Part shown: positions 38,970-48,264 of the stretch, in pieces | How positions within the stretch are numbered: the first letter of the stretch is position 1 | How the letters are laid out: every line of letters starts with the position of its first letter | NCBI GenBank assembly: GCA_963674735.2 | Contig: CAXXQS010000002.1 | Coordinates: 32,001-96,000 of the forward strand | DNA length: 64,000 bases | Reading direction: 5' to 3' | From: Myxococcota bacterium | GTDB lineage: Bacteria > Myxococcota_A > SURF-8 | Made by a program: the position numbers and the translations under genes | Notes under the pieces: generated by a model | Told to the model about the DNA's origin: nothing | Database searches by the model: none | Seen by the model: the letters and a program-made list of their open reading frames with translations, nothing else

Positions 38970-40385
38970 CTAAAAACCGACGCGTCCCGATTGCAGCGGG
39001 ATTTTCGCAGGCGCGCGGCGCATGGCTGACTCGCTGTCCGCCTCGCCGTCTTCATCTCCGTCGATATCGCCGTCCGTATCGCCATTGCCGTGATCGCAGA
39101 TATAGGTGATGATCATGGTGTGGCAACCCGCATCCTGCCACCAGGAACCGTTGTCGTAAAGCACGCGGTCCACTTCGTAGCCGATTACGCTCACCTCATC
39201 CCATATTTCCAGGCTGCGCACCCAGAATTCCACCTGCTCCGAATAGGGAATGGCGTGTACGTTGATGAACGTGCCCTCGTCGATGTAGCAATTGCGCCAC
39301 CAGGCATAGTGGCCGTCCTGACCGACCGAACAAGCGGGATCGGCGTAATCGCCGCTGGTCACCAGGATGTCCGACATCATCGGCGGTTCGCTGTAGAACC
39401 ACTGGGATCGCACCACGCCGCGGTGGGTGCTGAGCGCCTCCGATTCCAGGGTGATGCGATAGCCGTCCCCCTGCAAGACCGGTTGCGGCATCTCGGGAAT
39501 TCCGTTTTCGCACAGGGGTCGCTCGCGCGTGGCCCGCCCGAACAAGGGCAGGTTTTGCTCGTCGCCGGTGGCCGTTTTCAGCCAGACGGACCCGCGTTCC
39601 TCGCCCTCCGCGGTGGGGTGATAAGCCACGCTGAATTCGAGGAATTGGCTGAAGGCCAGTTGGACGGGCGGGGCGGCGGACAGGTATTCAAGCGCAAAAG
39701 TCGCGGGTGTGTCGTCGCTCAAACCGAGCGAATCGACCATCACCGGCTGCTCGCCGAAATGATAACATGTGACGGGCAGATTGGACGTGTAGCCTTGGAT
39801 GGCGGCGGGAAAGCTCAGGTCGTCCGGGTTGCAGCGCAGCGGCTGCTCGCACGGACCCAAAGCCACAAGCGGAACCGCGATTGTCGGACAATTCCGCATG
39901 CCGCCGAGACGCAGATACAAACGACCGAAGCTGTGACAGCCGCAACCGCTGCCGGTGTCCGGATCCGGCGTGAACTGCAAGGTGGCGGCGATTTGCGCTC
40001 CCGCCTCCAATACCTGGCCGTCCAGATTTTCGAGCAATGAAAAGGTGCCGCAACGGTTATCTTCGGTTTCGACGAAAGCCTGGTCGATAAGGGCATCCGC
40101 CGTGCCGGGGTTGAGCAACTGCAATTGCAGGCTCCGGTCGCCATCCCGTGGATCGGTCGGGCTGAAATCGACTTTCTGCGGTTCCGCCTGCAGATCGATG
40201 GCGCAGACGTCGTCGGATTGGCAGACGCCGTCCACTTCATCGTAGCCGTCGTCGCACACGCACACGCCGCTTTCATCCGCGTGGCGGTTGGCCCCGCAGC
40301 CCGCATCGGGAACACCGCCGCAGGCCGACAGAAACGAAAAGGCGCTAAGCCATAGCAGCAGGGAGTTGGAAAAAGGCGAAATCAT
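38970..40385 (-). CDS. Lipoprotein with EGF-like and ASH/choice-of-anchor-D-like Ig domains
   Basis: Lipobox LSAC; CVCDDGY; VDF..NPGTAD..I; F.VAYHPTAEGEERG; DGD tail. Confidence 0.7.
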   Translation of the reverse strand: MISPFSNSLLLWLSAFSFLSACGGVPDAGCGANRHADESGVCVCDDGYDEVDGVCQSDDVCAIDLQAEPQKVDFSPTDPRDGDRSLQLQLLNPGTADALIDQAFVETEDNRCGTFSLLENLDGQVLEAGAQIAATLQFTPDPDTGSGCGCHSFGRLYLRLGGMRNCPTIAVPLVALGPCEQPLRCNPDDLSFPAAIQGYTSNLPVTCYHFGEQPVMVDSLGLSDDTPATFALEYLSAAPPVQLAFSQFLEFSVAYHPTAEGEERGSVWLKTATGDEQNLPLFGRATRERPLCENGIPEMPQPVLQGDGYRITLESEALSTHRGVVRSQWFYSEPPMMSDILVTSGDYADPACSVGQDGHYAWWRNCYIDEGTFINVHAIPYSEQVEFWVRSLEIWDEVSVIGYEVDRVLYDNGSWWQDAGCHTMIITYICDHGNGDTDGDIDGDEDGEADSESAMRRAPAKIPLQSGRVGF

Positions 40386-40453
40386 GACGACCTTGACTTC
40401 AAATGTTCAAGAATTATATATAACTCTAATGAAACAAAATGCAAGGTAAAGCT

Positions 40454-41512
40454 TCAGCGCAGATCCTCGACCACCGTGACCGGCTGGCCGTCCACCAGGC
40501 TGCGCTGCCCCATAACCACCAGGCGGTCGCCGGGCGCCAACCCCTCGGTAATGACGACCCGCGAGCCTTCCACCACGCCCAAGGCGACCTCGCGCCGCCG
40601 GGCCAAACCGTCGCGTTCGATGAAGACGCAGCGCATGCCTGTTTCCTCGATCACCACCTCTTGCGGAACGACGATCACGCCGTGGTGGGTTTTGACCACC
40701 AGACGCAGGACGGCCGCCATGCCCACCAGAATGCGGCGGTCGGCGTTTTTCACTTTCACCCGCAATTTAAAGGTGCGCGTCACCGGCTCGGAGGCGGGCA
40801 ACACCACTTCCACCTCGCCGGGAAAGGTTTCGCCCAGCGCCGGAATCAGCACCGATACCGGATCGCCTTTGCGAACGCGGTCCACCTGGCTTTCGGCCAA
40901 CTCGGCTTCGACGATGATGCGGCGGTAATCCACCACCTGGACGATCGGCGTTCCCGGTCCCAGATACTCGCCTTCTTCAACGAACTTCCGCGCGACCACT
41001 CCGCCGTTGGCGGCGCGCACCACGCTTTTGTTGAGATTGGCGCGGGCGATTTTAAGTTGGGATTCGGCTTGAATCACCTGCGCCTCGACTTCATCGATCT
41101 GCTGCTGGCTGATCAATTCTTCGCTGCGCAGGGTTTGCAGGCGAGCGAAGGTTTTTTGGGCGAGATTGAAAGCGGCTTGCGCCTGTTCAGACTGGGCTTT
41201 CAACATCTCGTAGTCGATGCGCGCCAGCACCTGACCGGCCTTCACCTCGTCGCCGAGATCGACGGCCAGCCGCTCCAGTTTGCCCGCCAGCTCGGCGCTG
41301 TAACGGATATCCATATCCGCCAACGTCCCTCCGCTGAGCGTGATCGTTTCGTCGAAATCGATGGCGGCGAGGGTTTGCACCTTCACGTTGATGGACTTCT
41401 TTTCCGCATCCGCGGCCGGTGCGGGCGGACTTTCCGAGTGGGCCGGATTGTCGCAGCCGCCCCCAACGTGTAAAAACAAGATAAACAGACTGATGAGTAC
41501 TATCCTGCGCAT
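40454..41512 (-). CDS. RND efflux periplasmic adaptor (membrane fusion protein)
   Basis: Lipoyl-like GDEVKAGQVLARID, alpha-hairpin, TRTF, GLAPGDRLVVMGQ..L.DG. Confidence 0.92.
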   Translation of the reverse strand: MRRIVLISLFILFLHVGGGCDNPAHSESPPAPAADAEKKSINVKVQTLAAIDFDETITLSGGTLADMDIRYSAELAGKLERLAVDLGDEVKAGQVLARIDYEMLKAQSEQAQAAFNLAQKTFARLQTLRSEELISQQQIDEVEAQVIQAESQLKIARANLNKSVVRAANGGVVARKFVEEGEYLGPGTPIVQVVDYRRIIVEAELAESQVDRVRKGDPVSVLIPALGETFPGEVEVVLPASEPVTRTFKLRVKVKNADRRILVGMAAVLRLVVKTHHGVIVVPQEVVIEETGMRCVFIERDGLARRREVALGVVEGSRVVITEGLAPGDRLVVMGQRSLVDGQPVTVVEDLR

Positions 41513-42520
41513 GGTGTAACTCCCGCCGTCGCGTTGCGGCTCTTGAAACCGGCTGTCTTTTCGATGGGGCAGACAACCGGTCTGTCGAACGATCGCCGTC
41601 CTTGTCCGGACCCTTTTTTGAAGCGTGAAGCATCCCCCGCACTCGACCGGATGTCAAGTAAGAAATCGGTTGGCAGGCAGAAGACGAAAGACCGCACCAT
41701 GCATCTATTTAACCATATTATGATTACATTGTAGTCACGGCGACTCGGTCTCGGTTGGTCCTTCGAATTTCCTCCATCCGGCCGGAATCGGTGCCTGTTT
41801 TCCGGCCAGCACGCTCGCTCTGACATCCGTATCCTGTTGATATTACGAGGTTATCCACCTGTTTTGATGGCCGTTTGCCGCCCTATTTCGACTCCAGCCA
41901 GCCGAAATCGAAAAAGTGTTGTCATATCAATGAGATAAGGGTGCAACTCTTAAATATCTTCTATATAATATATTAAATATAATTAAATTGGACACTCTGA
42001 AGACGCGTATCTCCCTTCGTTAGAACGAAAAATCGCGCTCAGGCGGTCAGCGGACGGAAGGTCTAACGTGTTGGTATTGAAAAACTATTTTTATTTTTAC
42101 GTTTATCGAACCCGCAGCGGGACGCAATGCGCCGCAGGCCGTCTGACACACTTTCCCTCTCGCCGGTGTGACGTATTACGGCAATCCTTGTTATCCGATA
42201 GGAATTGTACTTTACCCCCCGGCGCGCGGCCGAAAAACCCAATGATTTCGCGAAAACGAAAAAAGGGCTCCTGAAAACGGCGCAACGGACGCATCGAGGT
42301 CATTTCAGGTATTCCGGCAAAAATCGACCTGCTCAGCCGTTTTCGTCGTTTTGGCGTTTTTCGTCCGTCGCGGCAACAGGACGAAACGGCGCAGCCAGCG
42401 CCCCAGTCGGTTCGGTGCGTTCGCGCCGGGCATTTGGCTGCACGTGTTTGTGAACATTGCTCTTCCCCCGCAAACTTGCTAGAGTGATGCAATCGGTACC
42501 GAAACGGAGAGCACGCCCCC

Positions 42521-43546
42521 ATGGCCGAGACGCCTTATATCGCCTGCCCGATTTGCAAGGGCCACACCCGATGTCGCGGGGAGCGCTACGTGAATCGACA
42601 GCCCCACGCGGCTTGTTTCACGCCCGACGATCACGTGGATATCCCCTTCCAGCTTCGCCACCTGCGGCGGCTGGCGGCGCTGGCCGGAGTGGAAACAGCT
42701 TTCGGCGACGCTTACTGGAGCCTGCTTACGGAACCGCTCGACTGGGCCCAGGGCCGTTCGTCGCGCCCCATCGAATACTCCATGAGTTTCACTCCCGACC
42801 GCGTGTCCGCCTTCCGTTTCTCGCTCGCGTATTTCGACCATCAGCCGCTTCTATTGCGCCAGGATGCCCGGCACCTGCTGGAACTGATCGCCAACGCCGC
42901 GCCCGAGCTGGCCGCCGTGGCCGAGCGCACGCTCGACGGCATCCATTCGCGGGTCGTTAAGCAGCTTCTTTACGGCGTCGATTGGCGGGCCGACGGGGGC
43001 GGCCGCCACAAATTCTACCTGCGCTTGTCCGACCGTTACCCGCAGCAGAAAGAATCCATGCTGCGTCAATTGCATCCTCTATTAGCCGATATCCCATTCA
43101 CGCGCGAACCCTTTTCGCGTACGCGTCTGGTAGGCTTCGATCTTCATGGGGACGCTCGTCCGCCCGATATCAAGCTGTATTGCCAGTACGAGACGGTGAA
43201 TATCGACGCGGCGCTGGACTTGACGAAACGACATCCGTTCATCGCCTACCTGAAACCGATGCGCCCGCTTTTGCGCGAGCTGCTGACCATCTTTCGTCTG
43301 CGCCCGGATACGCCGCCCGACCCGACCGATCCGGACGAGGTCGATTTGCACATGCTGTTCAACCGGCTTGAAACGCGCGACATCCTGCGTTTTGTGAAAC
43401 AAGCGCAACTGGCGTTTCCCCTGCGGTCGTTTATCGACCTCACCCACGACAGCGTGATCGTGCCGACCTCCGTCACCTTTCCGCGCGCGCCGCTTGCGAA
43501 AATGAATCTGTACTACCTCGCCGTGGAGCCGCGCCGTGCCGGTTGA
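42521..43546 (+). CDS. Putative cyanobactin-type (PatF/LynF/TruF/PagF-like) ABBA prenyltransferase with N-terminal Cx2Cx5CxG motif
   Basis: Collinear motifs IEYS, FRF, GVDWR, KFYLRL.D.YP, LVGFDL, IKLY, MNLYY resemble recalled PagF motifs LEAS, SRF, GIDLR, KMHIRIKDYP, LIGFDF, IEIY, IRLYY. Confidence 0.6.
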   Translation: MAETPYIACPICKGHTRCRGERYVNRQPHAACFTPDDHVDIPFQLRHLRRLAALAGVETAFGDAYWSLLTEPLDWAQGRSSRPIEYSMSFTPDRVSAFRFSLAYFDHQPLLLRQDARHLLELIANAAPELAAVAERTLDGIHSRVVKQLLYGVDWRADGGGRHKFYLRLSDRYPQQKESMLRQLHPLLADIPFTREPFSRTRLVGFDLHGDARPPDIKLYCQYETVNIDAALDLTKRHPFIAYLKPMRPLLRELLTIFRLRPDTPPDPTDPDEVDLHMLFNRLETRDILRFVKQAQLAFPLRSFIDLTHDSVIVPTSVTFPRAPLAKMNLYYLAVEPRRAG

Positions 43547-44984
43547 CGATCTGAAAAACGGCGTCGCCCGCCGCATCGTTCTGGTCAATCCGCCGGTGGT
43601 CGCCGTCGATCGCGTGCAGCTCGATTACTATGCCGACGCCCAGCCCTACGGCCTCTTTCAACTGGCCGACTGGCTGGAAAGCCTAGGGCACGAAACCGCC
43701 CTGGTCGATCTGATGGCCTACGGCAAACACAGCCGGGGCTGGGACGATCTGCTTTCCACCGGTGAATTGACGCCTATCGCTCCTCTTGAAAGCGGCGTCG
43801 CCGGATTGAAGCTCGACGCTTGGCGCTACGGCTACGGCCTCAAACGCCTGGCCGCCTTTTTCGATGCCTATCCCGGCGAACCGGACGAAGTGTGGGTCAG
43901 CTGCTCGATGCTATTTAACGCATATTTAGCTCATGAGGCGTCATCCTATATCAAACGTCGTTACCCGAAAACGCGCCTTCGCATGGGCGGCGGCTATGCG
44001 TCGCTTTCCCCGGAACACGCGCAACAGAACGGAGCCGACGAAGTGTCGACCGGGCGTCTGCTCGACGCCGATCGCCGCCAACCCGGTACGCAGCATCTGC
44101 AACGCGACCAGCATTTCACCTTGTTTCGCTTGACTTGCGGCTGCCCGAACCACTGCGCCTTCTGCATCAACGGACGTCAGCCGCTGCACCGCTTTTCCAT
44201 CGACGATGTGTTGAACTATATCGAACGCGCGCATCGCGAAACCGGGATTCGACACTTCAACAACTGGGATCCCAACGTGCTGCGCTTCAAGCCGCACCTC
44301 AAGCGTTTTTTGCAACGCATGGCCGAACGCGATCTGGATGTGTCGCTGCGCTTCGATATGGGCTTCGAACCCGATCTGATCGACGACGAGTTGATTACCC
44401 TCTTAAAACAGGGGGGCGTCGAAGCCTTCACCATCCCGCTCGAATCCACCGATCCGCTGTTCGCCGAGTTTTTCGAGAAACCCTACACCATCGTGTCGTC
44501 GATTCGGGCGCTCGAAAAATTGAAGACGGCGGGGGTCGATCTTTCGGCTTCGCACGGCAGTTCCATTATCGGCTACCCGGAAGAAAAGCTGCGCGACCTC
44601 TTCACCCTGTATCACGTGGCGCGCCATTACCGCCTGATCTCCACGCCCTTTCCCATCGTCGTGTTGCCCCACTCCCCGGTATTCGAACGCTACCGCCGCA
44701 TCATGGAACCGCGCCCTTTCCGACGCTACAACGGACACCTCTTCCCGTTGATCGACGATAAACAGCGCCTGGGGCTCTACCGCCGCCTGATTTTATTGCT
44801 TACCGCCTCCAGCCTGGACGTTTCCGACCGGCTGATCGAGCGCTTTCCCGATGCGGTGCAGGCCGATTACGCCGCCGGAAAAACACGCGCCGAAGGCTTG
44901 ATCGAGCAGGCCTTGTCGCGTCCCCAAGCGGACAGCCTGGACTTGCTGGATGCCATTTACCGGGATCTGGATGGGGGGAGATAA
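43536..44984 (+). CDS. B12-binding-domain radical SAM protein
   Basis: N-terminal LVNPP..PYGL..LA..L..GH and MGGGYASL; GCPNHCAFC (CxxxCxxC); PLES, IIGYP; overlaps upstream gene. Confidence 0.82.
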   Translation: MPVDDLKNGVARRIVLVNPPVVAVDRVQLDYYADAQPYGLFQLADWLESLGHETALVDLMAYGKHSRGWDDLLSTGELTPIAPLESGVAGLKLDAWRYGYGLKRLAAFFDAYPGEPDEVWVSCSMLFNAYLAHEASSYIKRRYPKTRLRMGGGYASLSPEHAQQNGADEVSTGRLLDADRRQPGTQHLQRDQHFTLFRLTCGCPNHCAFCINGRQPLHRFSIDDVLNYIERAHRETGIRHFNNWDPNVLRFKPHLKRFLQRMAERDLDVSLRFDMGFEPDLIDDELITLLKQGGVEAFTIPLESTDPLFAEFFEKPYTIVSSIRALEKLKTAGVDLSASHGSSIIGYPEEKLRDLFTLYHVARHYRLISTPFPIVVLPHSPVFERYRRIMEPRPFRRYNGHLFPLIDDKQRLGLYRRLILLLTASSLDVSDRLIERFPDAVQADYAAGKTRAEGLIEQALSRPQADSLDLLDAIYRDLDGGR

Positions 44985-45072
44985 GCGGAGAGATGGCTCA
45001 GTTACTCCGGTGTTGGCGCGCGGCTCTCCAGGGCTAGCCCTTGACCCCTCTTGCCCTTTGCTCTTTTTGTTC

Positions 45073-45134
45073 CGCCATTCCCGCGAAGGCGGGAATCCAG
45101 GGCATGGATCCCCGGGTCAAGCCCGAAGATGACG
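45073..45134. repeat. CGTC-type REP-like element
   Basis: CGCCATTCCCGCGAAGGCGGGAATCCAG..TGGATCCCCGGGTCAAGCCCGAAGATGACG. Confidence 0.7.
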
Positions 45135-45195
45135 GAGGTGGCCGCAGTGGAACGCAGGGAGCGGCCCTTCGAGTCGAAAACCGCTTTTCGGCGCA

Positions 45196-45669
45196 CTATC
45201 CTTGCCTGCTTGCCAGACGTTTCTCTAATTTGACGCGCCACTCGTCGGGGATATCGGCTTTGCGGCCCCGCTCGTAATCGTAGCTGACCACCAGTGCGTC
45301 GCCGACAGCCGCGACTTTCCCTTGTTTTTCACTCACCACGATGTTTTCCATCAGAAAACGGTCCCGTTCCAGGCTGATTACGCGGGTTCCCACCCAGGCG
45401 GTATCGGGATAGGTCAGCGGAAATTTGAAGCGGCAGGACGTCCCGGCCAGGATCGGCCCGATTTTCCCGAGGCTTCCATCGCGCGTGATGGCAAGAGACT
45501 CGAAAAATGCGATGCGGGCGCTTTCGGTGTAGCGAAAATAGAGAACATTGTTGACGTGCCGGAAGGCATCCATGTCGCCCCACGCAATCGGAACCGGTAA
45601 AACGGTATCGTAATCCTGCAAGACTTCTTTCACGGAATCCGGCATCGTCGCTTGAAGCATGTCGTTCAC
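45196..45669 (-). CDS. Acyl-CoA thioesterase (4HBT/YbgC hot-dog fold)
   Basis: WGDMDAFRHVNNVLYFRYTESAR; FKFPLTYPD. Confidence 0.92.
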   Translation of the reverse strand: MNDMLQATMPDSVKEVLQDYDTVLPVPIAWGDMDAFRHVNNVLYFRYTESARIAFFESLAITRDGSLGKIGPILAGTSCRFKFPLTYPDTAWVGTRVISLERDRFLMENIVVSEKQGKVAAVGDALVVSYDYERGRKADIPDEWRVKLEKRLASRQG

Positions 45670-47240
45670 TTTCTCTCCTCATCCTCCGAGGGTGCGGATT
45701 GCTCGTTATTTAGGCAATAATCATCCAACTCGGCCTTGTTGAAAGGCATCGAGCCGCAGGGTCGGTAGTGCGCCGCCAACCCTGCACGGACACGCGCCAC
45801 GAGTCCCGGCCGATACTGCTGAACGCGCACCGTCTCCAGAATGCGCACGCGCGTATGATTGCCGCAGGCGGCCAGCAGCTCTTCCGGTGAAGCCGAAAGC
45901 CCAACCGCGGCCACCGCGAAATGTCCTTCGGGATCGTAATAGCGCAGCAGCACCTGGGCGTGCTCGTAGAAAATCAGCGGACGATCGCCGGGCTGCGCCG
46001 TATCGGACAGGTATTTCACCGCCGCCCGCATATCCACTTTGGCGTAGCGATCTTGACTATAATGGTTGACCAACGACCAGCCGAGAACAAGCATCATTCC
46101 CAGCGCCACCCCAAACGCGACCCGACGCGGAAGCCGAACGAACGCCCCCGCCGCCAGCAACCAGAAAAACGGCAGGCCCACCAGCGCATAGCGCAGATTG
46201 AAGGGCACACTGGGAAGCAGCAGCGCGGCCAGATAGGTCAGACCCAGCGGCACAACCGCCAACAACACGGCCAAACGTAGGACGGGTTGTTTACGTTCAC
46301 GCCACGCCCAGACCGCCATGATCGCCAGCAACACAGCCAGCAGCAGTCCCGCCGCCACAAGCGCCGGACCATCCGTCTCGAAAAGACGCAGGATCGCTCC
46401 GTTGCCCAAAGAGGCCCGCAACTGACGGATTTCGGTCACGGGCGGACCGAGGGACGTCCCGACGGCGAAACTGTAAAGCGCGAAGGCGAGATCGGAGAGC
46501 CCGGTGGGCCGAACGCTGCCGATACCCATCTCGGTTTTGTTCAGAAACGCCAGCACCCGTGGCATGAAACCGACCCCGACAAACAGAAACGAAAGCGTGA
46601 AGGGAAGCCAGCGATCGAAGCGACGTCGTCCTTCCAATAAAAGGAACAGCCCGAAAGCCGCGAATAAAAACACGGAATTGAGGTAGGTCCACAAAGCGGC
46701 GCCGGCCAACACCGCCATCAAAGCCCAGTCGCGCCGACGGTTCGATTGGACCGCCACCCAGAAAGCATGGGCACTCGCCACCCCGAGCAACACCCAGAGC
46801 GCATACATGCGGGCTTCCTGGGAATACCAGATATGCAGCGGCGAAACCGCCAACAGCAACGCGGCGGCGCGAGCGGTCGGACGATCGAAGAGGCGCAAGG
46901 CAAAGAAAAACAGCATTCCCACACACAACGCGCCGAAAAGCGCCGACGGAAAACGCAAGGCCCATTCGGAGGTTCCCGCCAAACCGCAAAAGCCGTAGAG
47001 CAGCACGTGATAGAAGGGACCGATGTGGCCTTCCACCGCCCGCACGACCGCCCCCACGGAATCGGCTGAAATCTGATTGTAGATCGCGGCTTCATCCAAC
47101 CACAGGCTCTGACGGTCCAAGCCGACCAAACGGATGACCAAAGCGAACGCGCTCCAAACGCCGAACTCGATCCAGTCGGACCGTCCGTTACGTCGATTCG
47201 GGCTTTCTCCGAGCGCCAATATTTCGTCGTTTTTTTTCAC
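45666..47240 (-). CDS. Glycosyltransferase family 39 (ArnT/PMT-like) membrane protein
   Basis: SLWLDE, SEWALRFPSA, SPLHIWYSQEARMYAL; many TM helices. Confidence 0.85.
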   Translation of the reverse strand: MKKNDEILALGESPNRRNGRSDWIEFGVWSAFALVIRLVGLDRQSLWLDEAAIYNQISADSVGAVVRAVEGHIGPFYHVLLYGFCGLAGTSEWALRFPSALFGALCVGMLFFFALRLFDRPTARAAALLLAVSPLHIWYSQEARMYALWVLLGVASAHAFWVAVQSNRRRDWALMAVLAGAALWTYLNSVFLFAAFGLFLLLEGRRRFDRWLPFTLSFLFVGVGFMPRVLAFLNKTEMGIGSVRPTGLSDLAFALYSFAVGTSLGPPVTEIRQLRASLGNGAILRLFETDGPALVAAGLLLAVLLAIMAVWAWRERKQPVLRLAVLLAVVPLGLTYLAALLLPSVPFNLRYALVGLPFFWLLAAGAFVRLPRRVAFGVALGMMLVLGWSLVNHYSQDRYAKVDMRAAVKYLSDTAQPGDRPLIFYEHAQVLLRYYDPEGHFAVAAVGLSASPEELLAACGNHTRVRILETVRVQQYRPGLVARVRAGLAAHYRPCGSMPFNKAELDDYCLNNEQSAPSEDEERK

Positions 47241-47459
47241 GTTTTTTACATTTCCATGTCAAAAAGTGCACGCAATTCGGGAAACAGCCCGTATTTTACT
47301 AAGAAAGTGGCTTCAGTGTATCCATTCCATCCATTTCCGGCCAGTCAAAAATCATGTAAAAAAGGCTTGTCAAGTTGATTTAAGCATGTTACCGTAATTT
47401 CGGCGGTTACAGAAAGTTTAGAAGTCGAGCTTTCTCCGGTAGCAAACAGGGAGTCCGTT

Positions 47460-48020
47460 GTGGCGCAATCAACAGCATCGAACAAAAAAGTCTTTACGAC
47501 GGGAGCCATCGCGCGCCTGTTCGGAATCAACATCAACACCGTCATCAAGTGGTTCGATGAAGGTAAGCTCGAAGGATTCCGGCTTCCCATCAGCAACGAC
47601 CGACGCATCCCGCTCGGCAGCCTGCGCAAATTCATGACAACGCATCAAATTCCGATGGACCTGCTCGACGATTCCACTCAGGCCCGCCGCATGTATACCC
47701 GTATCCCGATTTCCAGCCAAATCACGTTCACCGCCCAAAACGGCCACACTTACGGGCCGTACGAAGGTCATTTAAGCGATCTATCGCAAGGCGGCGCCCG
47801 TATTCTGGCGGGAGGGATCGAAGCTTTTTCCATTCCGTCGCAACAGTTCGGAATGATGATCACCGTCAAAGACGGTCCCCTGGCGGATAGTTCTTTCTCC
47901 GGCCAGGTCGTACATCTGCAACCGATGGAAGATGAACTTGCCATCGGTATGAAATTCGCCGATATCGATGCTCCCAACCAAGGCAGACTGCTGTCTTACC
48001 TCAACTCTCAGTTAAGCTGA
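47460..48020 (+). CDS. Excisionase/MerR-like HTH fused to a PilZ domain
   Basis: FTTGAIARLFG..TVIKWFDEGKL..RRIP; PilZ RxxxR (RRMYTR) and DxSxxG (DLSQGG). Confidence 0.8.
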   Translation: MAQSTASNKKVFTTGAIARLFGININTVIKWFDEGKLEGFRLPISNDRRIPLGSLRKFMTTHQIPMDLLDDSTQARRMYTRIPISSQITFTAQNGHTYGPYEGHLSDLSQGGARILAGGIEAFSIPSQQFGMMITVKDGPLADSSFSGQVVHLQPMEDELAIGMKFADIDAPNQGRLLSYLNSQLS

Positions 48021-48192
48021 ACCGCCCGCGCGCCCTCTCACACACTGTTTTTTATCGATAAGCTCCTTGCTGTAAGGGACTTTGGAATACTACGCCCACC
48101 AAACCGATCCATAGACATGTGAGAACAACGTGTCATGTTTGGGTGGGGTCAGGTTCCGGTCAAAAAAAAGTAGCTGACAAGCTAGGTTTTTC

Positions 48193-48220
48193 TTGACAAA
48201 TTTAGGAACGTATATAGAAT
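48193..48220 (+). promoter_or_regulatory. Putative sigma70 promoter
   Basis: TTGACA-N16-TAGAAT upstream of GGGAG RBS and ATG48265. Confidence 0.6.
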
Positions 48221-48264
48221 AACCACTAGATGGAAAATATAGAACCATTAGAAGGGAGTCGGAC

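Noticed and set aside
41830-42200. Replication origin
   Set aside because: Only one imperfect DnaA box, and no dnaA/dnaN/gidA context
42068-42453. Short ORFs as RiPP precursor candidates
   Set aside because: No RBS, leader-like pattern or core repeats; composition looks non-coding
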